A stretch of 64,000 nucleotides of DNA, from contig NW_027117338.1 of assembly GCF_038025025.1 (NCBI RefSeq), positions 2,790,001-2,854,000 of the forward strand. The letters run 5' to 3'. Positions 36,493-49,004 of the stretch are shown one piece after another. This stretch comes from Phyllosticta citribraziliensis (Eukaryota). The notes under the pieces are model-generated. The model saw only the letters and a program-made list of their open reading frames with translations, did no database searches and was not told the origin of the DNA. How positions within the stretch are numbered: the first letter of the stretch is position 1; each line of letters begins with the position of its first letter. The translations under genes and the position numbers were made by a program.

Positions 36493-37687
36493 ATGTTTCG
36501 AACCCAGGCATTGCGGTTTGCCGCCACGGCATGGCGCGCGGCCGAGAGCTTGTCGCCCCTTGAAGCCGCCCAGTATACCATTGCCGTTTCCAAGGCTCAG
36601 GGTATCACTCAACGGGGCTTCATTGATGGTATGGCCTCGCCCCGCAACCTGGCTTGTCAAGAGTCGTCACTGACGTTTGGACCTTGTAGCTATTGGAAAG
36701 ACCCCCATGATAAGACTGAAGAAGCTCTCCGAGGAGACTGGCTGTGAAGTTCTTGGAAAGGCCGAATTCCAAAACCCGGGAGGCTCCGTCAAAGACCGCG
36801 CCGCGCTCTACGTTGTCGAGAACGCTGAAAGACAAGGCATTTTGAAGCCAGGCGGAACAGTCGTTGAAGGAACAGCAGGAAACACTGGCATTGGTCTCGC
36901 CCACGTCTGCCGCTCCAAGGGCTACAAGCTGGTCATTTACATGCCAAACACGCAATCGCAGGGCAAAATCGACTTGCTGAGACTTCTGGGTGCTGAGGTC
37001 TACCCTGTTCCTGCTGTCGCCTTTGAGAACCCGCAAAACTACAACCACCAAGCCAAGAGGCACGCCGAGTCTATGGATAATGCCGTTTGGACCAACCAGT
37101 TCGACAACACGGCAAACCGTCAGGCCCACATTGAGACCACTGGCCCTGAGATTTGGTACCAAACTGGCGGGAAGATTGATGCCTTTACTTGCGCCACCGG
37201 TACTGCGGGAACGTTTGCTGGTGTCACCCGCTATCTCAAGGAAAAGTCGGATGGCCGGGTCAAGGCTTTCTTGGCCGACCCTCCTGGCTCCGTATTGCAT
37301 TCGTACATCCAAAGCGGCGGAAAGCTCACCGAGCGGGCTGGTTCATCCATCACCGAAGGAATCGGCCAAGGACGCATTACAGACAACCTGAAGCCTGACA
37401 TTCACCTCGTGGATGACTCCCTCCACATTCCCGATGCCGAAACTATCCTCATGGTGTACAGATGTCTTGACGAGGAAGGTCTTTACTTGGGCGCTAGCTC
37501 TTGCCTGAATGTCGTCGCAGCTCAAAAGGCTGCGCAAAAACTTGGCCCTGGCCACACCGTTGTCACCATGCTTTGCGATGGCGCTTACAGATATGCCGAG
37601 AGACTTTTCTCCCGCAAGTGGCTGACCGAGAAGAACCTCCTGGATGCGATCCCGAAGCACCTGGAAAAGTACATTGTGCTGCCTTGA
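36493..37687 (+). CDS. cysB: Cysteine synthase (O-acetylserine sulfhydrylase, PLP-dependent) with mitochondrial presequence-like N-terminus
   Basis: [15 protein letters not shown]..., intron 36629-36689, [14 protein letters not shown] (PLP Lys), EGTAGNTG and SITEGIG motifs. Confidence 0.93.
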
Positions 37688-38202
37688 GCTGCTCCGTAAT
37701 CACCCGAAGGCCTGATGTGTACGGTTAGAATGCCTGGATCTTGTAAATAGCCCCAAGCATGATGTATACATGTTGTCCTGATGGATTTTGATGTGATCGA
37801 CAACCCCCGAACGCGGGCGTATGCGTATACCCGCGTCCTCATTGCATCATTGGGTATATTTGGATACATGCTCTGGACAGGCCATAGTTCTGGACCGAAT
37901 TCGAATTCGCCAACGATTTCCGGTTATGCTTGAGCCTCCGAGAACCTCCGCCTAACTGCTTCCTATTTGACGCCAGTAGCAGGCAATCACCTCCAGCAGG
38001 ATGGATGCTCCATTCAGAATCAACCCAAACGCTCCTTCTGAACCTGATCAGCTGCGCTTCAGTACTTGTGGGATTCCCACCACCTAGCTCCTCAAGACTA
38101 TACAACATTCATCAATCATTAAGCAATCATATTCCATCATTCAAAAACCATAGGAGCACATCGCCGGACTGGTTCTCGCTCGTTTAACGGCATTTGGCAA
38201 AT

Positions 38203-40140
38203 ATGCCAATGTTCTCTACCACAAATAGCCGACGCAGAAATTGGAGTCCTTCTCGCGGGACCGACGTCAACACTCAGTTTTATTGGGATTTGACTACTCG
38301 ACACGGCAACTCTCGTTACCGAACATACTCTCCGCCATACACTCGATCACTGCTGGCAAGTCGCAGTCCCTCCAATGTCTCTTCAGATTCCGTTATCCGA
38401 AACTGGGTCGCTGGTGCTCCGAGGCCACGCGGGCCAAGAACGTCTTCGGAAAACATACCACCCAGTCGTCCCCGTGATGTGGAACAGGACAACCACTATC
38501 GTCGGCCGTCGGCCTTGAATGGCGACTATCCTGGCATCAATCGTGCCATGAGCCCATATTCACGGCTTTGCACTCTGATTTCGGAACTTAACTCGGAAAA
38601 CTTGATACCTGCCTCGATCATGCGGGATCTGGACGATACGCTAAGTCAAGTGCGATTGACTGGATGTCAAATCGATTGCCTCATGCGCATGGGTGTGACA
38701 AACCCAGGGCGGGTCGAACTGTATTTCCTCTCGCTCGACCATCTAGCCCATCAATTCGAGGCTTTCCGCCTCGTGCGAAAGGCCCTCATGCATCGACAAC
38801 CAAATGGACAGGTCGAACATCCCTACCACTCGCACGAAGACGACGTTTGTCCCCATCTCCGGATTCTGCATTCTTACTTGACGACATTTCGGACAGAAAA
38901 CCAGCCTACGTCCGTTGTTTCCTCTAGTTTGAGGTACAGACCAGAGAATCCACAGGCAGAATTGGACGGACCGCTCCATGTTCAAGCTCGGATGCTGAAT
39001 CTCAGATGTGTGGCGGCAACTTTTCCTGACGGATCCGAGACCGTTGAGATCGCTGACGAATTGGCACGTGTGGTTGCTCGACTCTCCGCGTATACGATCG
39101 ATGACGAAGAGTGGGAGGAAAGCTCAAGGACAATCAATATGATCAGAGGGGCACAGCAGTCGAGTAGGCTTGATGAGCGCTTGCGGACAGGTCAAACAAC
39201 TCCGCCAGAAGACACGAACGATCATCCAAACAGTTACGACATCGCAAACGCAACTCCACTCCAAGACATTACCCACACCGACCCATCAGTTTTGATGACC
39301 CGTCGGCATCCAAGGCGACAGCATCATTCTGAAACCCTCCCTGTGGAATCTTTTCGTTCGCAATCCCAGCCCTTCGTCATCGAAAGCCAACCCCCTTTTC
39401 CACCCCCTCGCCCGGGAAGGCTACACGACCACGACTACGGCACATTTGAAGAGCGGTCCACTTGGACAAACAACGCCGCAGCCGTCAACAACTACGCTGC
39501 CAACACTGCTACAAACATGCTCGGCTCCGTCAACAACGTCTCCGTCCAACATCGGCGAGGACGCTACGACGACGCTGCTGCGCGGCACGACGCGTTTATC
39601 GAACCAACAGACATCATCGAGTTCAACCGCGGCTCTGAACCCCTCAGCCCACTGTCCATGCCGCGTACGCGCAACTGGAATGCTTTCAGGACGACATCGA
39701 ACAGCCATGGCCAGAGGGAATGGCCAAGACGGCCGCACAACGCTCGTGGTGGCAACTTCCATCGCAACAATCCCTTTGACCGCCGCAATCACAACGCCAC
39801 TGAGATAATTCACCCGCCGCCCGTTCAGGGGCGGTCACGATCCAACACCGTCTCCCTCAGTCGCACACTTCCGTATCGCCCGCGACAACCGCGCCGCGAG
39901 TCGTTGTCATCGTTCAACCGTACCGTAGCCAGGGCGATGCAGAGCTTGTCGGTGGCTGAGTCGCGCTACGTTAATGCGTGGAGGGCGAGCAGCAGGGCGG
40001 CGCGGAATGGTGTCAGCGCGGACGAGCGCAGGCGGTTGGAGAATGAGATGCAGTACGCCATAGACAGAATCAGCGCGGTTCCAGGGGAGGACAGATTCGA
40101 GTGGGAAGAGCGGGCAAGTGGGCTGAGGAGGAGGGCATGA
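38203..40140 (+). CDS. Hypothetical ~645-aa protein, intronless, no recognisable domain
   Basis: Long uninterrupted ORF filling the gap between two genes; Arg/Ser/Pro-rich ends and a helical-looking core. Confidence 0.65.
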   Translation: MPMFSTTNSRRRNWSPSRGTDVNTQFYWDLTTRHGNSRYRTYSPPYTRSLLASRSPSNVSSDSVIRNWVAGAPRPRGPRTSSENIPPSRPRDVEQDNHYRRPSALNGDYPGINRAMSPYSRLCTLISELNSENLIPASIMRDLDDTLSQVRLTGCQIDCLMRMGVTNPGRVELYFLSLDHLAHQFEAFRLVRKALMHRQPNGQVEHPYHSHEDDVCPHLRILHSYLTTFRTENQPTSVVSSSLRYRPENPQAELDGPLHVQARMLNLRCVAATFPDGSETVEIADELARVVARLSAYTIDDEEWEESSRTINMIRGAQQSSRLDERLRTGQTTPPEDTNDHPNSYDIANATPLQDITHTDPSVLMTRRHPRRQHHSETLPVESFRSQSQPFVIESQPPFPPPRPGRLHDHDYGTFEERSTWTNNAAAVNNYAANTATNMLGSVNNVSVQHRRGRYDDAAARHDAFIEPTDIIEFNRGSEPLSPLSMPRTRNWNAFRTTSNSHGQREWPRRPHNARGGNFHRNNPFDRRNHNATEIIHPPPVQGRSRSNTVSLSRTLPYRPRQPRRESLSSFNRTVARAMQSLSVAESRYVNAWRASSRAARNGVSADERRRLENEMQYAIDRISAVPGEDRFEWEERASGLRRRA

Positions 40141-40378
40141 GGCTTGTTCAGGGGGAGCGGTCAAAGTGCGAGAGACGGGAAGAGAAATGTCATCGCATTG
40201 GCCTGATGCAATCTCGAAATGCTCTCGTCGTGTAGTCAAACTGAGATCAACTTCCCAAAGATTATTTTTGTGTCGCAAATTGCCATGCTGAAGCTGAAAG
40301 GACAGGGGAAAGCATCCGCGTTTTGAGACCAACAAGGAGTACAGAGGACAACCCAAACGAAACACAATCTACCTATTC

Positions 40379-42340
40379 TCAAAGCAGCGCTCCGCTCCTG
40401 TCAACTCCGGCGTGCTCCTCGTGGCTCTCAACGACACTCTCTCCATCTATCCCGGGCCTCTTCCAGTACGGCACAAACGGCACCCCCTCAACGTCAGCCT
40501 TGATCTGTAACGCCATGTAGCGCGACCAGTACCTCGCAAAGCGGATATCACCGCCCATATACCACACATTACGCTGGGCAACATGCGGGCGCGCAATGCC
40601 CCTCAACTCGCCCTCACAGTCCACCTTCCAAAACTCATCCAAGCGGCGGGCCGTCTGCGGTCCCACAATGCCGGCTGCGACGTCCTTCATGTCGCCAAGA
40701 TAGCCGGTCGCGAGCACGACGACGTCGGCGTCGAGGGCGCTGCCGTCGGCGAAGCGCAGGCCCGTGGGCGAAAAGCCGGACACGGCGCCGCGCTTGACGC
40801 GCACGCGGCCGTCGAACAGCAGCTTGGACGCGCCGACGTCCAGCCAGTGGCCGCCGCCGCGCTCCATCAGGATCGATATCAGGTCGACGACGGGGTCGGC
40901 GGCGAAGCCGACGTTCTCGTAGGCGGCGTAGTAGTCTTGGAGACGCGCCGACTGCGCGCGCATGCCGACGAGCACGGTCTCGCGCAGCACTGGTGCCGGG
41001 ATGGACTGCGTTGCTTGGTCGGCGGCTGCGACGGAGGTATTGGGCCCGTAGGCGCGCTCGGCGAGTCCGCGTTGCAGCTCGAGGGGGAGCACTTGGGTGC
41101 GTGAGCGCTGTACCATGGTGATGGAGGATAGCGAGGCGGATGCCATGTCGAGGCATACGTCGTGCGCTGTGTTGGCGCTGCCGATGATGACGCCGTGTTT
41201 GCCGCGCCAGGGCGTCGCGTCTGTGTAGTGGGCTGAGTGCACGACGTCGCCGCGGAAGAGCTCGCGGTTGGGGATGGACGGAATGAAGGGGATTTGTCCT
41301 GTCCCTCCGACGGCGAAGACGAGGTGGCGGGCCCGGATGTGCTTGATGTTCACTGTAATAGGGGTTCGTGGGAGCGCGGCAGCGTTGCCGTGGTTGTGAC
41401 GCAAGTATTTGAGGCGATGGAGCTCGATGGTCCAGGTCGAAGACGCTTCGTCCCAGGAGGCCTTCTTGACGGCAGTGCTGGTCCAGAAGGCCAGGCCGTA
41501 CCACTCGACGAAGCGCCGGTAGCCCGCGGCGATGTGCGCGCTGGTCAGGAAGTAGGGGTCTTCGGGGAGAAAGACGCCCTCGAACGGCATCTCGCTGGAC
41601 TTCTTGGACGTGTGCAGGCTGAGCGATTTGTACCGCGTCAGCCAGTTGCCTCCAATCTCCTCGTTGCGGTCGAGAATGACGCTGGACACGCCGAGGGCTT
41701 TCAGTCGACCGCTGATGGACAGTCCGGACGGCCCACCTCCCACAATCGCGACGTCAAAGTCCGCCTTGCCCGAGTCAATGCTACTCTCTGCTCTTTCTCT
41801 GGCGCTCTGCGAGTCCGGCAGTCGCTGCATCATGTCCACGTTGCCGTATCCCTCAATGTTTTCCAGCATGGTGACGAGAATCCAAATCTTCCAATTTTCG
41901 TCATCTGTCATAACGAGTCGAATCATTCCAGAGCATTCCCGCCGCGGATGCTTGCCCTTAGGCAGCGCAAAGGTAAACTTGGCCTCAATCCACGCCGAAA
42001 ACGGACCCATTCGGAAAACGTGTGAGGTTCCAGGGGTGTACGTGAATCTGTACGGCATGTGGATTTCCTTCAACTCTTTCCAAGCCAAATCAATCATCTT
42101 GGGTTGTGAAAATGTGCGCAGGTTCCCCGTCAGCGCGAGCAAATCTCGCCATTTTGCATCCTCGGTAAAGTCGGAAACGCTCAGGGAGTCGAAGTGCTTG
42201 ATCGCAGTGGCTGCGATGGCCTCGTGATCCACGTCGTCTGGGATGTTTGGCGGCGGCAATTCGACTTCGAAGTCGTCCAGGGGGACGGCAACGTTGGGCC
42301 ACGTCGGCAGCCGTGTGTCGTCTGTCGTTGCAGCAGCCAT
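40379..42340 (-). CDS. Flavin-containing monooxygenase with N-terminal extension (type II FMO / YUCCA-like)
   Basis: GGGPSG (FAD), FRGDVVHSAHY (FMO fingerprint), GSANTAHD (NAD(P)H) and ATGY motifs; N-terminal WRDLLALT extension; ATG 42340. Confidence 0.9.
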   Translation of the reverse strand: MAAATTDDTRLPTWPNVAVPLDDFEVELPPPNIPDDVDHEAIAATAIKHFDSLSVSDFTEDAKWRDLLALTGNLRTFSQPKMIDLAWKELKEIHMPYRFTYTPGTSHVFRMGPFSAWIEAKFTFALPKGKHPRRECSGMIRLVMTDDENWKIWILVTMLENIEGYGNVDMMQRLPDSQSARERAESSIDSGKADFDVAIVGGGPSGLSISGRLKALGVSSVILDRNEEIGGNWLTRYKSLSLHTSKKSSEMPFEGVFLPEDPYFLTSAHIAAGYRRFVEWYGLAFWTSTAVKKASWDEASSTWTIELHRLKYLRHNHGNAAALPRTPITVNIKHIRARHLVFAVGGTGQIPFIPSIPNRELFRGDVVHSAHYTDATPWRGKHGVIIGSANTAHDVCLDMASASLSSITMVQRSRTQVLPLELQRGLAERAYGPNTSVAAADQATQSIPAPVLRETVLVGMRAQSARLQDYYAAYENVGFAADPVVDLISILMERGGGHWLDVGASKLLFDGRVRVKRGAVSGFSPTGLRFADGSALDADVVVLATGYLGDMKDVAAGIVGPQTARRLDEFWKVDCEGELRGIARPHVAQRNVWYMGGDIRFARYWSRYMALQIKADVEGVPFVPYWKRPGIDGESVVESHEEHAGVDRSGALL

Positions 42341-43123
42341 TATTTCCTGAGAGCGGCTAAATAAAATGGGGCCAGTTCGCGCAGAATGTAGTATGTTGCC
42401 CAAAAGAGTAACCAGAGTCAATTGATTGAGGAGTGCCAGATTCAGAGGAAACTACTGTTGTTGGCAGCGCTGTTAGATAAGTAACAGGCATTTTGAACCC
42501 GAAATGATCCTGGTACCGTCCCGCGCCCTTTAGCGAAGAGCCACAGTGTCCTCGGATTTGGCGTCGCAAGCCCAACCTCTTGCGACAACAGTCGACCTGA
42601 CGTCCGAGCGACTTGCGGGGTTCGGCAAGTGGAGGGGCAGCTTGCCTGCCAGGCCAGCCGCGTCATAACTTCCACAGATCAAGCACGACAGGCTCATGGG
42701 GCTACGGGAGCACCCGTTATCGCGCTGAGGTTAACGGTTCCCTGCATGCAAAGGGGGCACTGATTGGTTGAAGAGTGACATATGCCGTTGGTGTTGCGGG
42801 ATGCAATGCCTCGGTCCTTCGCAAGCATTGCTCGACTAGGAAATCGTCGGCGCTCTGGACTTGATAATGCCGACCATAGTTTCCACGCTCGTGATTTTTG
42901 TGGAATTATCTGTCGAATCGCAACTCCCGGGCATTTCTTAAATGTGTGCTGTGCTGTAGAGCCGTGTCGAAGTAAGTGGTGGAAACGCTGGCAACTCTAT
43001 GACAAGCAATGCTGGCTGATGCGTAAAACCCTGGGTTGCCCAGTATCCATACAATCTATCTCTATAGTGTATGCTTTGCAGAGGAACCATGAGAGTGAGA
43101 GCCAGTCAATAATTTGTTCACGC

Positions 43124-44347
43124 TCACGCCTCGCCTACCTCGTTCAACCAAGGAATGGCATCCTGCGCACCATTCTTCTGCACCGTGAAGGCCGCGGCTC
43201 CGTTGGCCAAGGCAATGGCAGAGTCAATGTCGAATGGGGTGCCTGCATGTTGGGAAGCCTTGCTCTTCGCAACAGCAACCGCATAAGCGCCGACAAAAGT
43301 GTCGCCGGCCGCCGTGGTGTCGACGACCTTGACCTTCTTCGCAGAGATCAGATTCCCTGGCTGACCCTGCTCATGTCTTGCCGCTGTTTGGTAGAACACG
43401 CCCTTGAAAATGTCAGTGCCGAGTCCCGCAAGTCACAGCAAAGAAGGTAAAGAATCGGGGAAGGGAGGAGATGCATAGGAAAACTTACAGCACCACCTAG
43501 CGTGATGATGACGTTCCTCACACCCTTCCGAACGAACTCTGCCGCAACGGAACTCAGATCAGACTCCGGAGTGATCTCTTCGGCAGGCCTGCCCGAGAGT
43601 AGTGCGGCCTCGGATTCGTTGACTATGAGATGGTCGAGGCCAGCGTAGACTTCGTCCGGCAACGGGATGGCGGGAGCAGGGTTGATAATGACCTATCACC
43701 ATGCGATCAGCCAATCTAGTCCAAATGGGAAAGATTTCTGCAATAGGACACACATCGATGCCCTTCTTCTTTGCAGCTTCCAAATTCAGGAAAACCTGCG
43801 TCCACTCGGTCAGCCTATCAAACACACCACGAGCAAGCTGTTCGACCACGAAGAGAATACTCACCACCTCCTTCGGCACCTCCAACTGCATGACCAGCAC
43901 GGCCTCGTCTCCATCCAAAAGATCCTCACGCGGCACACTAGCATTGGCGCCAGGCACAAACATGATGCGATTCTCGCCGGTGCTCTCCTCAACCGTGATG
44001 ACAGCTACTCCGGTCTTCTGGCCCTCAAGCTGCCGCACGCGCGCCACATCGAGCCCGTCGCGCTCCAGCGCCGCCAGAAACGGCCCGCCAAACGGGTCAT
44101 CTTTGCCAATGGCTCCAATCATGCGCACGTCAACCTGCGCAGATGAGGATGATGACGCAGAGGAAGATGGCGATGCACGCGACAGCCGCGCGCAAGCTAC
44201 CGCTTGGTTGGCGCCTTTGCCGCCATGTCCCGTGTTGAACGACGACGCTTGGAGTGTCTCGCCAGCGGCGGGGATGCGCGGGGTGCGTGTGACGAGGTCG
44301 ACATTGAGAGAGCCAAGGATGGCGATGATGGGGTTGGTCGAGGCCAT
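43124..44347 (-). CDS. RBK1: Ribokinase (PfkB family), 4 exons
   Basis: GSLNVDLV, GGKGANQAVACARL, VPGAN, IVNESEA and DTTAAGDTFVG motifs; three GT-AG introns between approx. 43400 and 43866. Confidence 0.93.
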
Positions 44348-44929
44348 TCTGGGTCGTCTTGTGCGGTCGTGTTGTTTGGTAGATCTGATTGGTTCTTTGA
44401 TGTTGTCCAAGTAGATGACTCAGCAGGCATCGGTTTGCGGGCAGTGGCTGCATGCGAGTCGTCGAGTGGGTCTCTCAATGTCTCTGGATCGAGCTGTCTT
44501 GGTCACTGGGTTTAATAGTTGCCGACCTCCAAACTGCCTGCGCTTCAATTCAAACCTACATTCGAAAATTTGAAATCTACGCTCAAATCGGCCGTTACAC
44601 CACCCGCACCTCAACACCAACAGCAACAAGCACACCAACATTTCTCCTCTCTGTATTCCTCTATCCACTCCACTGCAACCCCGGCCCATCCGTTTTCCAT
44701 CCGTCCATCCGTCCATCCATGCCGCCATGCCAGCCATCCCAGACCCAAATGCCCGAACCCCTATCTACACCAGGAGGAAAAAGAAAGCAGAAACGGGGAG
44801 AGATAGCGAAAGGCCAAATCCACTCATGCACACGTGCTTCTTCTTCATCCCCATGTTTCCCGTCTACCGTCATCGACAAGAAAACTAGAAGCTAGAAAAC
44901 TCCCAGGCGCACGTTCAAATCCGAGTTAT

Positions 44930-47900
44930 TCACAACTTCGGCTCCAGCTCTTCAAACTCGCTCAACTCCTTGACGGCCGTCGGGCCCTTGCTGACCTGCA
45001 GGCTGGCCTTGAAATCGCGCACATCGGTGATCTTGATGGGGCCACCCTTTGCCTCCTCTTCTTCCTGGCCCGTGGCACTGTCAGCCTTGTCCGAGTTCGA
45101 TGCCGCCGCACCAGCAGCAGGCAACAACTGGCCCATGGCTGCCTGGCCCTGTGCCATGACATCTTGGACCTTTTCGGTTGCCAGCTTGAGGTCCTCGACC
45201 AAGTGGGCCGAGATGGCCGTCACGACGTCACCAACATTGCCGCTGGCGACGTCGACGTTCTCGAGCCGCTTTGCCAAAGCGTCGGTTTTCGAAGGCACAC
45301 CCTGGCTGCTCAAGAACTTCTCGATTGTGGAAACAAGGTTGTTGCCATCTGTCGGCTTGCTTTGCGCCAGCATGTGGACGGACACCTTGGCGCGAGTGGA
45401 TGAGCGCGGAGAAATGTGCTTGTGGTAAAAGTTGAGAATGTCGGCCTTTTTGAGGGGCTCGATGTGAGCAACGTCCTCATCAGCTATATTTTTGTTAGCG
45501 ACATGAACTTGGGGAGCATTGCATCCAAAGTCTTACCGTTTAGAAAGTCGAGCGTCTCGCTGCAGATGTGAGTCCAGAAGCGGGAGTTCTCCTGGCTCAA
45601 ATTCCGCAACTTTTCCTTCCGGGTATTCTTGACGCTCTCCTTGTACGACTCAAACTCCTCGTCCGGCATGTCCTCAATCATCTTCTGAACACCGTTCAGG
45701 AAGGCATCGATGCGCTCCTCTAGATATTCGGGCGACCGTTCACTTTGAATGAGCACTCGAAATCCAATGGCAGTAAGGTGAGATGTCGCCCCGCTAAACA
45801 CGACATAGCCAAGCTGTTCCTTTGTCCGGAGCTGGTCAAATGCTGGCTCATCGACGAGCTGCCCAAACACCAAAGCCTTGGCGCGCAGAGTCCTATCAGA
45901 ATTCTCACCAATGGCGCAGAGGTATTCGATGCAGTGGTTGACGTTGGCAGGGTCTTTCAAAACGCGCTCGTACACAAAGTTTGACCCACTGGGAATGATA
46001 ATGTTGCGGCGGATTGGCCACTGAGATGGCGCAAGGGGCCTTGCCTGAAGCGTCTTCTCCACAGTGTCTGCCATTTTCAACGCGTCTTCCTTGTAAAGGT
46101 TGCCCATGGCGAGCATTTCAACATGGGTTTGCTTCAACAGCTGGGGATAGAAATGGCGAATGTCGTCGGCAGTGATGTGAGGAATCTCTGCCAAGAGCTC
46201 CTCATTGATCCATCCCTTCTCTGCGCAGAGCCAGCGAGTGTATCCACCGACCTGGTAGTACGGCTGGTTGTACTCGGCATTGTGGAACCCGCGGGTGATG
46301 CGTTCTTTGGAGATCTGGAATCGGTCCTCGCGAACTTTGAGGTCGCGCATGGCCAGCAGAAGCCGTTCAAGAAGAACACCCATCTTGTCGTTGTAACCGC
46401 TGACCCAGACATCGAGACCCAAAGCTGAAGTCGAAAGTGAGTATGCAACTCCGGCAACCTCGGCGTCGTAGGCATACTCGTTCAGGTCATCTGAAATCAG
46501 GTCCCGGTAGATGGCAGTCATGACGCTGGCCCGAGGAGTTGCAGAGACCAAAGGCGTGCGAAGAGTGAGATCGACGTTGGCTTTGGGCACCCAGAATCGA
46601 TCATCCTTCTTGTACCAAAGGCGCACCCTCTCGTCGTTGCGGATCAACAAGGGATGCTTCAAAGGCTCGCTGACCTCCTTCCTTTCGACTTCGAGTCTAG
46701 TAGGAATAAATTGGTTGGGGTGGGGCAAATGGAATTCCTTGGGGCGTTGTGCTGGAGTACTCGCAGCTGCAGCCTTGAATTCGTCAAGAAGTTTCTGCGG
46801 GATCTTTTGGTACTTGTAATCGGTGCCGTACCACTTCTCCTTTTGGTCCCAGTCACCCGGCCAGTCTTGACTCACAATCGTCATCCGGAAGTTGTCAGGT
46901 CGAAGGCGCGCAAGGCCAGCCTTGATGGCCTCGGGGTTAAACTTGCGGATAACGCTAGGACCGCTGAGTAGTTGATCGCGCGGATAAGGCTTCTGCATGA
47001 TACCACTCAGGCTGCTTGTAGTGTTGCTTGCAGGGCTCTTTTGCTTGAACCGGAAATCAACCTCGCTCATCTTCTTGACTTCTTCAAAGATCCACTGCTG
47101 AGGCTCAATCTCCTTGAGCATGGCAATGTACTGGAAAACAAGTTTGAGGATTTCCTCGTGGTTCTTGAGACCATCTTCGGTAAGGCGGATAGAAAGAGTG
47201 AAGAATGCAGTTCCGGGACACACGGTCAGCGAGCCTGCGCCGAGCATGCTAGCCCAGCCCTTTTCCTTGATGTAGGCCAACAGACTGCCAGGTCCTTCGT
47301 GGCCAATCAGATGGCTGAGATAGCGTCCAGGCGCCGACTCGTACAAAGCTTCCTCGTCGGGGTAGGGGAAGTGGAGGTCGAGGGTGCGCGTCTGGAACAC
47401 GGGCTTTGCAAAGATCTGAGTTTGAAGCTCTTTCTCGGTCAAGGGCTGCTCGCTGTCCCAGCGATTCCGGGGCAGGTTTTTGTTCTTGACCTCGGAAAAC
47501 ATTTGCGAAACCCAAGACTCGAGTTCGTCCAGGCTCTCCCGACCCAGCACTACCAGCTTCATGCGGTTCGCAGAGTAGTGTGTCTCGTAAAACTTGATAA
47601 ACTCGTCCCTGATTTTGACCCCCCGGGCAAGAGGTTCATCATGAAGAGTCTGGTAGTTGCCAGTCGAGAAGTGGCAATAGGGATGCTTCGGGTTTGAGAG
47701 CGTCTTGTTCAACTGATGCAGTCGCCAGACATCGCTCTGCAGGTTCTTCTTGTTTTCCGAGTCGACAGCCCTCAGCTCCCTGTCCAGCGTCTCCTCGAGG
47801 AAAAGGGGCTCAACGAAGAACTGCGCAAACCTGTCGAGTGCGCCATAGAGGGGCGAGTTGGACCTGGAGGACAAATCTTGCCTGCTGCTAGCGGCTGACG

Positions 47901-48652
47901 AAGCGGCGCTGTTTGTAGGGGTGTTGGGGGTTGCCGAGACTTCAAAGTAGTAGTTTGTGTTGTTGGAGGCAGTAAAGGCGTTGGAGTAGCCCGAGTTGGC
48001 GGTCAGGTACTGGTTGTACGCATTCTCTTTGGGGTACTGCAGGCAGATGGTGCATTAGCACGCTTCAAGATGTCTTTCCCTACGAGCGCCAACAGGAGCA
48101 CAGTGTGCCTGGGCAGCTCGTGCCTCGCGGCGACTCGACGGAGTTTGCACGCACCTTTTTGGTTCCCATGAAGAGCAGGTGCTCGACTGCATGCGCCATG
48201 CCCGGCATGTCGTCGGCATCGCTGAAGCTCCCCACGTTGACGTCCATGGCGGCGCTCACCTTGTCGGTGTCGGGGTCGTGTATCAGCAAGGCCTCCAGCT
48301 GGTTGGGCAGGCGGATGACGCGGTAGGTCCGGTCGTCGAGAGCAGGACGCTCCATGTTTTCGGCGAGGCGCTCGGGGAGCGCCGTTCGAGAGTTGACGGG
48401 CTCAGCCATTGTGGTCGAGAGGTAGCGGGGATGGAGGGGAGAGGCGAAAGGAGGAATGGTCGGGCAGTAGGGCCGTGGCCGTGGGACGGAGTAATAAGCG
48501 TGTGAGGACCAGCGAATTGTCGCGCCGCCAAGCGGAGGACAACAATACCAAGGCGAGCGTGGTAAGGCAACAAGGGCGCAGGACGAAGCCAGAGCAGAGG
48601 ACCGTTTTAGGCGATTGACATTTCGGAAGCACAGAGACGGCGGGAATGGCAT
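44930..48652 (-). CDS. STE23: M16A metalloprotease, insulin-degrading enzyme / a-factor-processing Ste23 (3 exons; alternative start at 48409)
   Basis: HAVEH inverted zincin motif; DRELRAVDSE, SHLIGHEGPGSL and LRTKEQLGYVV motifs; introns approx. 48154-48037 and 45536-45484; ends in PKL. Confidence 0.95.
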
Positions 48653-49004
48653 GCGCGGAGCCGGGGTGAAGAATGGCGGGCTGCTTGGATGAGTGAGTGT
48701 CTTGCTTGGGTCAGAGAATGGCGATTGAGCAAGCTGAGGGCCGGACAACAAGGTGCCAGAAAGCGGACGGAGCGTGCGACCAATGACCGAACGGAAGCGA
48801 GGCTTTGCTTGGGAGGGTCGTCGAGTGGGATTGAAGCAGTGGATTCAGGCTGTGAGGACCAGTTGGGAGTCTCTCGATTGGATCTCTCACCACTCGCCAG
48901 CGCAGCGCAGCCTACCGATGATCTCCCGCCCGGGGCAGCCTACGACCGGACGGGAGCATCGCCCTCCCGGAATAGCCTCCCCATCTCTCCCCCCACTGCT
49001 CGCC

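Noticed and set aside
35749..36747. 332-aa plus-strand ORF spanning YCG1 antisense into cysteine synthase exon 1
   Set aside because: Chance read-through of an antisense frame; the real start is ATG 36493 with a presequence.
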